This document shows, piece after piece, positions 23,206 through 34,877 of a stretch of DNA of 64,000 bases. This stretch comes from Schizochytrium sp. TIO01. Lineage: Eukaryota > Protista > Bigyra: Labyrinthulomycetes. How positions within the stretch are numbered: position 1 is the first letter of the stretch; every line of letters begins with the position of its first letter. The notes below the pieces were generated by a model. The model had not been told where the DNA came from. It did not search any database and was given only the letters and a program-made list of their open reading frames with translations. The DNA lies in assembly GCA_004764695.1 (NCBI GenBank), contig SMSO01000014.1:1049648-1113647 (forward strand), in the 5' to 3' direction. A program made the translations under genes and the position numbers.

Positions 23206-24468
23206 ATGATTGGTCCAGAGATGGTGAGTAAAGTCTTCCGCACAGACTTGGACTCCAAACCAGCTCGAAGAATACTCCGCATGGTTCACAGTTGCTTCAA
23301 GTGGATAAGATCTCAGCTTTCAGACCTGCGCAAGGCTACAGCTATTTTGCTAGTTTTTGGTATTGCAACAATTCTTCTTAATGGACTGGCACAGCGACCC
23401 AGTGCTAGCCTCTGTAGCCTTGTTCAGGAACATTTTGATATGACCTGCGAAGAACACCTTGCAACCACACAAGACGGCTACACCCTCGTTATGAAGCGTA
23501 TTCCTGCTCCAGGACGACCGCCCGTATTACTCATGCCGGGTATGCTCGACTCAGCTGCGACTTTTCTACTACTTGGACCTCATGATAGTCTTGCTGGTGT
23601 TCTCCATGATCAAAACTACGATGTTTGGCTGCTAGAGAAGCGCGGCCGAACACCATGGAGGCATGACAGGTACAATGGCCAGGATCTCGAGTTCTGGAAT
23701 TTTAGCTTTGATGAAAATATTGAATTCGATGTGCCTGCCATGGTAGAATACGTGCACCGCGTAACGCGTCAAGAGATCGCATCTATCATCGGCCACTCTG
23801 AAGGTGGTATGCTTGCAGCCATAGCAGCTGCAGAAAGCAAGGTCACTGCTGATCATGTGCGATCAATAGTTGCTCTTGGGGCACCTCTTGGTTCTTGGGG
23901 CGCCCAGCACCGCCTAGCTTCCTATCTTCCGGAGATCCCAGATGTTATTGTACGCAATGTTCACCCTGGCCTGTTTTGGGGATCCTTACGTATTCTTTTC
24001 TCAGGAACATGTGACATGTTTCCTAGTGCATGTGTGCGTCTCATTTGTGCCACTGCAGGTTGTGCAAATCCAGAGGCATTCGATACTAAGCTTGTATCTC
24101 GCATTTTCAATGTTTATCCCCGTGAAACCTCGCTTAAAAATATTCAGCACTACATCCAGTGTGTTCGAGCAGGACAACTGCAGCATTTCGACTATGGGGA
24201 AACTGAGAACCTCGAGCGCTATGGCCAGGCTTCGCCACCTGCATATGACCTTGGCAAGCTTGACACACCGCTGGCACTTTTTTACGGCGCCAGTGACCGT
24301 CTTGTGATGCCATCCACCCACGAAGTTACGGCGGCCTCTTTGCGACCAGGCATTCTGCGTAAGGTGGACCTTACTGGAACGCATGGCCATGTCGATTTCG
24401 TTTGGGCGAAAACTGCAAAACAAGATGTATATCTTCCCGTCATCAACTTCATTGCTTCTATGCTATAA
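23206..24468 (+). CDS. Acid lipase (lysosomal/gastric triacylglycerol lipase family) with signal anchor
   Basis: EEHLATTQDGYTLVMKRIP, YDVWL, FWNFSFDE, GHSEG nucleophile, FYGASDRL Asp and HGHVDFVWA His. Hydrophobic segment ATAILLVFGIATILLNGLA. Confidence 0.93.
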   Translation: MIGPEMVSKVFRTDLDSKPARRILRMVHSCFKWIRSQLSDLRKATAILLVFGIATILLNGLAQRPSASLCSLVQEHFDMTCEEHLATTQDGYTLVMKRIPAPGRPPVLLMPGMLDSAATFLLLGPHDSLAGVLHDQNYDVWLLEKRGRTPWRHDRYNGQDLEFWNFSFDENIEFDVPAMVEYVHRVTRQEIASIIGHSEGGMLAAIAAAESKVTADHVRSIVALGAPLGSWGAQHRLASYLPEIPDVIVRNVHPGLFWGSLRILFSGTCDMFPSACVRLICATAGCANPEAFDTKLVSRIFNVYPRETSLKNIQHYIQCVRAGQLQHFDYGETENLERYGQASPPAYDLGKLDTPLALFYGASDRLVMPSTHEVTAASLRPGILRKVDLTGTHGHVDFVWAKTAKQDVYLPVINFIASML

Positions 24469-25013
24469 ACGGCACAGGCAAAATTCTATAAAAGAATTGT
24501 GATGAATGCAGTCTGAGGGATGTCCATATTAACCTTTCGCTGCTCACACAACTCTGCTCTGACCCATTAACATACCCTTTTGTATCATGCACGACACAAT
24601 ATACTGTACATGAAAATGCATCTTAAGAACCGATTACCATCTGTTTCGTAAATCTGTGAACATTTCTTTAATGCTTTTTTGTTTGTAACTTGATGTGCTT
24701 CTCTTAGCTCTCTAGTCAATAGGAACTGAACTTGAGTCTACCGTATGTAAAGTCACAATTATCTTTTTATTCATTTTTATAACTGGCTACGCCACCGGGA
24801 ACTCTTAAACGATATGAGGACTTTCACCGTACCTATTTAATTGAGGTTGAGGGAACTTTAAGAATATATGTTGTCGAAGTATTTAGAACCATCACATTTA
24901 CGCACAGACGAGAAGAAGAATTAAAGTAGGCAACTTGTTTCGTTTCATTTATTTGATAAAAGGTTATTATAATAGCAAGACGGTAAATAAAGATTTTCGA
25001 GGAAGGGGCAACT

Positions 25014-26756
25014 TCACTTTTGTTTGTTGCGCCTGCGCATCTTCGAATCATCGACTGGTGAACTGAGTTGAGGGAGCAATCGCTCTGATACAATTCGCGG
25101 CATCGTATAGAATTTGTGACGTTTATCTGTGTCCAAAAACTTTGACAGGATTGATAGATATGCACTGCGGATAAAGTATGGGTGTCTTGCATAACAATGA
25201 GTAACAACCGCAAAGCAATACGCAAATACAAGCACTTCTCCATGAGGAAAGGGGCGAACCCACCCGCGTGATACGACGTAGTTCCAACGACCTTCCACAG
25301 CCTTGCTGAGAACATATAGCGCAAGCTCAATCCGTCTACCCTTCTTCTCAATCATGGTCATTGCCCCAGCCCAAATGCCTGCCAACATATAAATTATTTG
25401 TCCAAATTTGCCTGCTTTGGCTCGAGTTAAACCGAGACTCCGCATAAAAGAAACAGAGCAAAATCCAACAGTGCAATACATAGAGAGGAAAACGGAACTT
25501 CGTAGGACGCCTTCAAGCACACGCTTGATTGTCGGTACAGGACGTTTAATGAGCGACTGAGGATAAAATAGCAAAACAGGTACACTAAATACTGGCAGGT
25601 ATACAGGCACGGACAAAGTCATCGCCTTTGCAAAAAACTTGAAGGAGTATGGCAGTAAAGGCATCGTAGGGTGCATGAGTTCTCCTCCGCTCCACTCGTC
25701 TGCACCGTATGGGTTTGTAAGTAGACGTGCAGTACCAGATTTGAGATGGGAACGTGCAAGATTCAATGCATCAATGTCCAAGGGCTCGCCAGTATAAATA
25801 CGTGTCAAACTATCCCGAACAGCCTTTGGCATTTGCGAGTGCACATTCAAGAATCGAACATAAGATGGATCCAGAGTATCTGGTGAAAAGAACCAGCTGT
25901 GTAGCATCGAGGCACTAGCCAGCGACATAAGAACTGTGTCGCCATTTTGTAGAGTTGGAACCCACTTGCGGCGAGCCATGACTTTCATTTGCAGTTCAAA
26001 GGCGCGCACGATGGCAAACAAGGTGATTGGCCACCGCGCTTCACGGGGAATCCAAAAAAGAGCAGACCCGGCGCATAAGCCAGAAATAAAAGCACGGTAT
26101 CTGCGCAACAAAAGCCATGCAGGATGCAACGATCGCGATGCAAACATCCCGCCGTTATAGATGGCTAAAAGTGATCCTAGGAAAAGTCCATATTCGCGAG
26201 CTCCTGTGAAGAGAACTTTACGTGTCACAACTAAACGGCGGCCTCGGACAAGGTTCAATAAGGGGAAAAGTGAATTGAGAAAAACCCGGCCGGCGTAGCC
26301 GAGAACAAAGCCTTTGCCAATGTTGCGCGTGATAGCTGCCCAGAGATCCTCGTAGTGAGCCTCTTCAGTTGTTAACACTCCTTGGGGCTCCTGTTCCGAT
26401 CCTTGAGGGGCCAACGATTGTGGAGGTGTCTCAGCACCGAGACTATCAGGTTCGTCCTCATCAGAGGAATTTCCGCCAAACTCAGGCTTAGTAACGAATT
26501 TGCCATTTGCTTCGTGTACTCCTACGTCACTTGTTTCGCTCAGAGTCGTTGAATTGAAGCTTCCTGTTCGTGAAGGTGGCAGGGTACGAGGGTCGTAAAG
26601 TGCCTCATCTTTTACTTCGTCGTTTGTACCTGATTGCAAACTCTCGTTTTCGTCTGCAGGGTGTCCTTCTGAAATGACTGCCAATCTTCGGCGGTCCGGC
26701 AACTTGAACAAGTCAGAAGAGTAGCTTTCAAGCCGTGTTAGCAGATTAAGATCCAT
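25014..26756 (-). CDS. TMEM135: TMEM135 family (peroxisomal, Tim17-like duplicated membrane protein)
   Basis: Two hydrophobic halves with family motifs YGLFLGSLLAIYN, RAFISGLCAGSA, DTLDPSYVRFL, VLRSSVFLSMY and IEKKGRRIELALYVLSKA. Confidence 0.88.
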   Translation of the reverse strand: MDLNLLTRLESYSSDLFKLPDRRRLAVISEGHPADENESLQSGTNDEVKDEALYDPRTLPPSRTGSFNSTTLSETSDVGVHEANGKFVTKPEFGGNSSDEDEPDSLGAETPPQSLAPQGSEQEPQGVLTTEEAHYEDLWAAITRNIGKGFVLGYAGRVFLNSLFPLLNLVRGRRLVVTRKVLFTGAREYGLFLGSLLAIYNGGMFASRSLHPAWLLLRRYRAFISGLCAGSALFWIPREARWPITLFAIVRAFELQMKVMARRKWVPTLQNGDTVLMSLASASMLHSWFFSPDTLDPSYVRFLNVHSQMPKAVRDSLTRIYTGEPLDIDALNLARSHLKSGTARLLTNPYGADEWSGGELMHPTMPLLPYSFKFFAKAMTLSVPVYLPVFSVPVLLFYPQSLIKRPVPTIKRVLEGVLRSSVFLSMYCTVGFCSVSFMRSLGLTRAKAGKFGQIIYMLAGIWAGAMTMIEKKGRRIELALYVLSKAVEGRWNYVVSRGWVRPFPHGEVLVFAYCFAVVTHCYARHPYFIRSAYLSILSKFLDTDKRHKFYTMPRIVSERLLPQLSSPVDDSKMRRRNKQK

Positions 26757-27759
26757 GGTCCTTCAAGCCCTTTATTGTTTTGCTATAATTTCTTAGCTCA
26801 AGTAGGAAAGCAACTTCCTCGATCTGCAAGAGAAGGACTACTAGATCCTGTCGAAAGCAAGCTTATTTTAGCGCAAAGATGGAAAGTGTACAACGCAGTT
26901 CAAAGGCGCGCTTGAATTCGCGGTCACAAGATGTATTTGATCCTACGCCCTTGATCAAATTCGCTAAATTCTCTTTCGACAGTAATCGCCAAACGAGTAA
27001 AGAGCCCTGCAAGCTACGCAGTTTGGAATTGTGCACGTTGCTTACAAGAAGTCGTTGGATGTCTGGACGTTTATTAATCCCGCTTGGACGAGCGTGGACC
27101 TGCTCCGCCAATGAATCTAGTCAAAAAAACTTGCTGCGAACCCTCTAATCACTCGGAGTGGAGGTTGTTGAAGGGACTGAAGGCAACTCGCAAGTCTCCC
27201 AAGCACCAATTACTCCGAGTGGCAACTCTTGCCTAGTCGAGGGAGCAATCCAGTGAAGTCGAGGTCTAGATCGGGGTCTGGAGCAGAGATCAAGTTGAGG
27301 ACTGCTTTTTGACCTGCCAAATGATTATTGAGAATCAATGAACGAATGCTTTTTCTTTATTTCTTCCATTCTTTCTGTCTTTCTGTCTTTCTTTCTTTAT
27401 TTCTTTATTTATTATATTTTTAAAATCGTTTTTTCAAGTATAAAAAGGGAGAGAAAATGAATGCCCCTGTTAAAATAAAGGAGCTTGATGATGGGAATGA
27501 GAATCATATGTCAATCAGGATCCTATCAAGTAAGAAAAGAACTTGTCAGTAAACCCATGTAACTGAAGGCAATATTTCATCAATTACTCACTATGTACAA
27601 ATGCCAAGCTTCTTGTTTTAAGCTCGATAATAGGAACGAATTCGCTGACTGCGGTTTGCTGATCCCGAAGTCAACTCGAGCTTGAGTTTGATTTATTTGT
27701 AGCTAGCCCTCCTGCAACTTGGAAGCTCGGTCTCACATAGGCTACTATGGTTTTAGACT

Positions 27760-28680
27760 ATTTAGATTGTATTGTGGACTCAATATTAAAAGAATTATAT
27801 ATTACTTAAAGAGGGTAAACTTTATTAGGGATTCAGATAATGATACTTCAACATGTCTAACAGTACATTTGACGACTTGCTTCTGATTATGAGATTAATC
27901 TCAACATTGCTTGTACTTAGAAATTGTCAGTATGTGAATAGCTTCTGTACAGGATGCACATTTTTCCAGTGTTAAACTTGTGCACTTGACACATCTATAC
28001 TTAGATCCCACTCAGATTTTGGCTTTTCAGCTTTAGGTGGCGTTTGGAGGCAGAAGTTGATTCTTCGAAGTACCCAATCTTCTGCATTCCAAAAACCTAT
28101 TCACCCCTTCGTGGAGTGTATCTGGACATAATGTTCATACTAGATGCCCAACAAACAATCGTGTTTGGACTGACTTTGTTTCGAGGTGTTGTTTTTCTAC
28201 TAATTTTTCGCCGCCGTTTTGGATCGAATTTATTGCAAGCAAGATGCTGTAAATTTACTTTGAGGCAATTCTGTAGAACAGGAAATAAGCAACATAGCGC
28301 CTCGACAAAACCAGTAAATTTTTTTATTTGCTGTGTTTAGAATCTGCATGACACAACACGTGTTCCACAAGTTAATAGCACGCATTTTAATCACATTCAC
28401 GAAAATCATATGAGTCTAATCTTTAACCAAATACCCACCTACTGCACGACCTCGACATCTGGCTGTGGCATCAACTCTGACTTTGGGCTTGCTATATACA
28501 TACCCACACTGACGACGCGTCGCTACCTCCACCTTCTGCATACGTATCATCCCAATAAATTTCCAAGTTTCCTACCTTGCAAAGCAGTAGATCTTGAAAC
28601 TGAGTCAAGTCTTGCACAAATGCGCCTTATGAAAGACCTATTGCTTGTACAGCTGAGTACTAACACAGTGTATATTTAAC
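27760..28680 (+). pseudogene. Probable decayed leucine-rich-repeat gene
   Basis: LRR-like pieces in shifting frames: SILKELYIT*, LVLRNCQYV, VKLVHLTHLYLDPTQI, PLRGVYLD, and LHDLDI/SGCGINSDFGLAIYIPTLTTRRYLHL. Many stops and frameshifts. Confidence 0.35.
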
Positions 28681-29025
28681 GGATTCCGAGTATTAGCTCA
28701 AACTTTCGCAGACACAAAACAAAAGGGGAAGCTTTTTTTTTTTTTTTAAATAAATAAATGAGAATCATTTTTCAACAGAAAACTAAAACAGAAAAACAAA
28801 AGAAAAAGCGATCTACTCTTTGCCGATTGGCGTTGTAGTAAACGAAACCCGCAAAATCCTCCGAGTTATTTCACGATTCCCGTTTGTCGCTTCTCTGATG
28901 CCATCACAAATGCATGCACCTTCTTCTGCATCCTCCCAGCTCAGCTGAAAAGTTCTAGTTCAATCCTTGCCCACATTCTTGATTCTCCAGAGCTTAGGGC
29001 TGATCGAGGCACTTTTGCTTTAGGG

Positions 29026-29503
29026 ACATACATACAGACATACATACATACAGACATACATACATACATACATCGTCATCAAGGAAGGGAGGAATGGCGG
29101 ACTCAGACGTCGACGGCGCCAGCTCTGGCAATGGCTGTGTCCTCGATCGCCAATTTGTTTGTTGGTTTGTTAATTCGTCAATCCCCGAAGAGGGGTCCGT
29201 CCTCCTTACCTTGCGATGCAGTAGACAGCGCAGAAGAACAGCGAGGACTTCTGAGTTCTTCTCTCATCCCATTCACGCATTCACGCATTCACTCATGCAC
29301 TCAGTGTGTGTATGTAATGTAATGTAATGTAATCAGCGGAAAGCCGCGGGTACGCGTGGTCTGGTACGCCACGAGCCACTGCGAAGACGTCGTCGCGGAG
29401 GACCCCCCACCACATAAGTGGCAGATAGCGATGCAATGCAATGAGTGCCACGATGAATGCTGCAGTTCGTTGAATGCGATGCGATGCGATGCGATGCGAT
29501 GCG
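29026..29503. repeat. Microsatellite cluster: (CATA/CAGA)n 29026-29073, (TGTAA)n about 29314-29333, (GCGAT)n about 29476-29503
   Basis: Tandem units directly visible. Confidence 0.95.
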
Positions 29504-29929
29504 AGGCAGTGAAGCGATGGATCAGTGCTGTGGGGGGAAAAGCACAACTCCAGAGCTTTGCCGCGAAGCTCGAGAGCACAGCAGCAAGTGAAGATAGCTA
29601 GAAAAGAAGTTGAACATAGTTTTAGCACGTTTGCTTTTTTGTTGGTCTGGGAGGGAAAGTAGCAGGTTGGTAGGTAGGTAGATAGCTAGTAGTAGGTGGT
29701 ACCGTACCTGCGATTTCTTTCTTTCTTTCTTTCTTTTTGATTAGTTTGTCTTGTGCTTTCTCGATTTGTTTTTGCGAATGGTTTGGTTGTGAGTTGAAAG
29801 ATGCTGCTTTCTCAACTTGGAGGTGATTGTTTTCATACAAACACAAAATCCCTAGCATACTGCTTTCTAGGTAGGCAGTGTTACCTACCACCAGGATGGA
29901 GAATAATGTCGAATAAACGTTTTATTTTA

Positions 29930-31280
29930 TTGTATGTTTAAAATTTTAATTGATTGAATTTTAGATAATAACAATCTTAACCACAAATGGCTGACAAACT
30001 TTTGTTTGGGTTCCTCACCTTTCAAGAGCTTGACGAGGTCCTCCTTCGCAATCTGTGCAAGGTTTTGAAGAGTCAGATGGTTAGCGTGCGTTTCTGAATG
30101 ACTAAAGTCAATGAAAATTGACTTCTGAGGATCTTCTTTCGACTGCAGGATGTTCCGAAAAAGTCTCAGGTTACCACTCGGAACACCACGCGCATTAGAG
30201 CCCACTGACGCTCGTCTTGAACTCATCATTTACAGCATCAAGAGAAGCATACGTGAATGAATCTCCTGCATAAGGAGTAGCAATCCCATACCAGGCTCCA
30301 TTAGTATTAGTAATCGAACCATGGCCTAGGTATTTGGGAATACAAACTCCTTGTAAGCCAGATAGGACAGGTTGGTACTGACTTCGGCTTCGAAATTGGT
30401 CCGGTCAAAACAGTCATCAGCGTCTCCGTGCTCACTGAAATCCTTCAAATCCACCACCGCCCGTTGACCGAGGACCTCACACTCAACTGCGCTGCCTGTG
30501 TAGCTGCCAGAAAGGTTCTTGCAATCATAGAGATCATCCCAGGTAATTGCAATGTAACATTCTTTGTAAATGAAGTTGTTCATATCCTCTCGGCCCGCAC
30601 GAGCCCCTTTAGATGATGTATGGACAGGAGGTTTTAGATCGCGGGCTCCAACTTATTTACAGGGATGAGGAAGAACGAGATGGACTTCTCTTCCTTATCC
30701 TGTACAATAACTTGTGTCATCACTGTAACGTCCAAAAACTGTGGCACCTCTTTCTCCATGGCAATCATAGTACCCAGAGCAAGGAACTGCGGGAAACTTA
30801 AGCTAGAGTTGCGTGAGAGCATCGGAGTTGTGACAAGAATGATCTTCTAATTGCGGAAGAATGCTGCAGTGCGGTTATAGTGGGAATAAACAGCAACAAA
30901 CTTGCCAGAACTGACCATGTAGTTGTACAACTGTCTATTTGGAGACGCAGTCCTAACTTTCTCAGAATTGCTCGGCTTGAAGTCGGTGTGAAAATCACAC
31001 CAACGCGCGGCAAAGTTTGCTCCGTTTGCTTTTAGACGCTTTAGTTCACTACAAGCAAGGGTGAACTAAAAGCAAGGGGTCAATTTCAACTGCGACCCTG
31101 TCTTCGATAGCTCCAACAGTAGAATCTGGTGGTGCATCATTCATCAATACTAATATGTCAAACGTGTAGCAAACTCCGCCATCTTCGTAGGATTAAAAGT
31201 TGGTCACTGCATGGGATACTTGTGAAAAACTAAGGCCGGCAGACCTCCCAGGTTTGATATGAAGACAACGCGTTGACTTT
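29930..31280 (-). pseudogene. Pseudogenised restriction-endonuclease-like plus protein-kinase-like gene (Crinkler-type REase-kinase architecture)
   Basis: Stitched minus-strand frames give FDILVL..VGAIEDR...RQLYNYMVSSGKFVAVYSHYNRTAAFFR (REase-like). These are followed by LSGSYTGSAVECEVLGQRAVVDLKDF..FEAEV / QYQPVLSGLQGVCIPKYLGHG..YGIATPYAG / ARGVPSGNLRLFRNIL..KSIFIDFSHS, kinase subdomains in correct order. Broken by stops and frameshifts. Confidence 0.6.
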
Positions 31281-33069
31281 GAGGGGGGGGGGGGGGCGGG
31301 GGCAAGCCATGTTTGACGTTCCTTCTCGATTGACGAGGGAAAGCATTGCGTTCTCTTTTTCTTCTTCTTCTTTTGCTTCTGCTTGCTTACTTGCTCCCTT
31401 CTTCTTACTGCTTGCCTTGGGCATTTGGAAAAGAGAAAGGGTCTGAGAACGCACTCTACCTTTGTTTCTTCCGGTGCTGCAACGTCTACAAGGAAACACA
31501 AAGACGAGTGACTCGTTGTTATATGCCCTTTTCTAGCACAGAGGAGATTTTAATTCTCCCTAACTTACAGTTTCCTACGACTTTTTGTCTCCTCTCACTG
31601 CAGCATCAGCAGCAACGGCCAGAGAACGATTGGTGGAAGGTCAAATCTTGTGAACACAGACCTCGAGAATTATTTTTCGAAGCCAGCTCGTCAGGTTTTC
31701 CTTGCAAATTCCGAGAAACACTCAAGGCTCTCTCGAAAACCCCAAGAATAGATCTTGATGAAGGCCTGCAAACGAGATTCGAAGGCCTCCAGAGGGCGCA
31801 GAGCTATCCTTACTTGTGCTGCACGTGCTGACAAATCCGTTTGCCTGCACATGCAACCCCAAAACACCCACTTTTTCCTTTGTGACGACGAAGGGACGAG
31901 CCAGACCAACCAAACTCAGAACAAAACGAGACTTAGGTGATCGACAGAAAACAAAACGTCTATTGTACGCGTGCGTCAAACAAAGAGGTGGAACACTTGT
32001 TTTCCTTGAGCAAGCATAACTGAAGGTACGTACTTTCCCGCTCTCAGTTTTTACCAGAACCCGAATTTATCTTAAATATTTTACTCCCTCTCTTTTACTT
32101 TCAAATGAACGGCCCAAAAGTAGAAGTTTTTATGAGGTGACCTCGAGCATGCCTATCAAAACGCTTCTTTCTTTCACAGCCAGAAGTTTCGTTGGTACTT
32201 CGCTCTCAAAACGAACATTTCTTTTCCCCGAGCACCAGGCCGAATCTCGATTTCCTCAGCTGATAAGACGTTTTGAGATTTCCAGGAACGTATGAAAGAA
32301 ATGCATGAAACGCTCCCGAAAACAGTTAATTTAACAGAAAGCATTTTTAGAGTATCCTGTCACCCCTGAACACTTTTAAAGGACACTCAGTTTGCGGCAA
32401 AAGCAAAATACAAGAGGATAAAAGAGACCAGAGACCAAAGTAGATGGTGTTTGATCGGCAGATAGTACCTAACTTGGTATTAACAAGTGCTACTACTACC
32501 ATCCAGAGTAGCTCACGACTCTTGATAGAAATCTTGCGAGGGATGGTGGAAGCGATGCATAGGGCACATTTAGGGTGATGCTGATGACGACGATGCGTGA
32601 CGTCTTGATACAAAAAGTGAAAAGTACATGGATGTGCCTGGAGTTCAAGGCCCAGCCAGAATCGTGCTTAGGCATGGAGATTGCAGACCGTCTAGCTGCT
32701 AATTCTAAGATTGGTTGCAGGGGGGGGGGGGGTTTAAACTCAGAAACTAGTCAGAGTATCGTTCCACTCTCGTAGCCCAAGGTAGCTCCTTCAATATTTC
32801 AGCTTGGGAAAACAATCACTCGTTGAACTAGCAGTTTGTATTGAATAATGTGACACTAATAGTACTCACTACCACGATCTTATAGTAACCTGGCACTAAG
32901 TAAGAATCTTTGCAGCAAAAAAAGTTCAGATTAGAAATTTAGTTGTCATCAGCTTCTCTCTGTACTTCACGAACATAGTAGGTGGGTACGCAAATGATTG
33001 AATTTAAAAGAGACAAATTATTGCAAAATATATCACTTCAACCTATTTAAAGCTTTCGGACTGAACTTG

Positions 33070-34386
33070 TTAACGAGATCGGGAGCGAGATCTACGTGAA
33101 CTACGACTACTGCTTTTGTGTCCGCGGATTCGTCTTTCAATTTCTGCGTCCGAGTCAGACTCGGAATCAGAATAGCGGCGACGAGATGAGGAATGGTGTT
33201 TATGCGATTTGTGGCTCTTCTTCTTCTTTTCCTTCTTATGTTTCTTCTTCTTGTTGTTGTTGCTGCTTGAGTCGCGATCACTATCATATTTACCTTGACG
33301 ATCAACGAAATCGTAGTCATATTCATCATCGCGGCCACGCTTTCGATGGTACCGTTCTTGCTCGCGATCGCGACTCAAGCTTCTGTCACGACCACTGCCA
33401 TATTTGTCTCGGCGGTAGTGAGAAGATGGGAGTCGAGAGCGATCGTCATCGCGATTGTTACGTTCATAATTAGACTCAGAGCGCGAGGCTCGGTCTCGTG
33501 AGCGATCTCTTGTTTTATGATAACTACTGCTTTGGCTGTGGTCTCTTGAAAACCTTCTTGAGCGATCATTGTGATGAGAGTACGCAACAGTCTCACTGCG
33601 TCCACCGAACGGCAAAGAAGATCCGCCACGTCCAGCGCTACCATGACTTCTAGAAATGGGATATGTTTGCCGTGGAGGCACACGATCGTACACATCGGCA
33701 GGGCGGGAAGATAGTTTTTCATTAAGCTCTTTCAGTTTGGCACGAACAAGTTTCCATCCATTGTATTGCTTACCGGTGAAATGGCTCAGAAGACGCTCAT
33801 CACTGTCGCTTCGCAGGATCAGGTTACCACTGATGGGGCATACCAGGTGTCGTCGCTGTGCATCAGGCACAACATATAACTTGTCTCTCTGGGCACGCAA
33901 GTTCTCCACACGCTTATATAAATCAAATGCCATCAAAACCTCGCCTTTCTCAGCCAGTGCTTGTAAGTTCTTCAAAAGCTCCTCCATCTCGTCCTCCAGC
34001 TGCACAACTTTGCGGGCGTTTGCCTGAATGTCATCGGGAGCTTCGTTTTTAATCCTCGCCAAGTTATCTGATATCCTGTTGTCTACCTTACGAACCATAT
34101 CCATGAGGAACTTGCGGGTATCCTCTTCGTATCCGTATCTTCGTTTTTCGTGCTCGCTGAGCTTTTCCCATTCCTCTTTGCAAGTGTCGTCTACGATTTT
34201 CGGGTTAGGTCCAAAGTAGTCAGATTTAGTACCCTTGAAAAGCTCGTAGGGTGAACACCCTACAAGGTACATCTTGTCCACCTCCGGGTCGGAAAAATGC
34301 CTTCGTCGACGGTTTGTGCGCTGCTCTGGTGCCAAGTTGCGCTCGGCGCCCATGAGCTCATCCAAGAGCGCTCGGTTTGTTTCCAT
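33070..34386 (-). CDS. LUC7: LUC7-like U1 snRNP splicing factor with RS/K-rich tail
   Basis: RALLDELMGAERN, FSDPEV..YL.G..PYELF..TKSD, YGYE, coiled coil, VCPISG..DERLLSHFTGKQY.GW, and a long RS/RD tail. Confidence 0.93.
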   Translation of the reverse strand: METNRALLDELMGAERNLAPEQRTNRRRRHFSDPEVDKMYLVGCSPYELFKGTKSDYFGPNPKIVDDTCKEEWEKLSEHEKRRYGYEEDTRKFLMDMVRKVDNRISDNLARIKNEAPDDIQANARKVVQLEDEMEELLKNLQALAEKGEVLMAFDLYKRVENLRAQRDKLYVVPDAQRRHLVCPISGNLILRSDSDERLLSHFTGKQYNGWKLVRAKLKELNEKLSSRPADVYDRVPPRQTYPISRSHGSAGRGGSSLPFGGRSETVAYSHHNDRSRRFSRDHSQSSSYHKTRDRSRDRASRSESNYERNNRDDDRSRLPSSHYRRDKYGSGRDRSLSRDREQERYHRKRGRDDEYDYDFVDRQGKYDSDRDSSSNNNKKKKHKKEKKKKSHKSHKHHSSSRRRYSDSESDSDAEIERRIRGHKSSSRSSRRSRSRSR

Positions 34387-34877
34387 CGCGCCGGCCCGTT
34401 TGTAAGCTGACCCCCCAATTACTGGAAAATGGGGTTGGGGACAAAGAGGAAGACAATCTCGGAGATCTCAGTCTACCTCCAAGGCACCAAACAGAGGCGC
34501 CGTGTCGATTGCGTTTTGCCTTCCTTGCACAATTGCAACTTCTCTCATCTTATTTAATTTTTTTAATTTTTTAATTCCTCTTGTCGTTGCTGCACATTGT
34601 CATTGTATAGAAAATATGGCGAATGGCTACCATTTAGGTACCATGCTAGTGAACAGTAAGATCAATTCTGGCGCGAGAATGATAAGAAGATAATACTCGT
34701 GAATTGCAAGTAAATAGTGCTGTCCAGGAAATGTAGATACTTCTTCTTGTTATAGATTTACAAACAATACTTTTTTCTTTTTTTTAAAAAAGGGTTAGAC
34801 TTTGAACATCTTTTTGCTTCTCAAATGCTGATAGGAATTGGAATAGTTGATCAATAGGAATATCGGTCGGAAAAGAC

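Noticed and set aside
28990-29030. TTAGGG hexamers here and scattered elsewhere
   Set aside because: Isolated copies, not a telomeric array.
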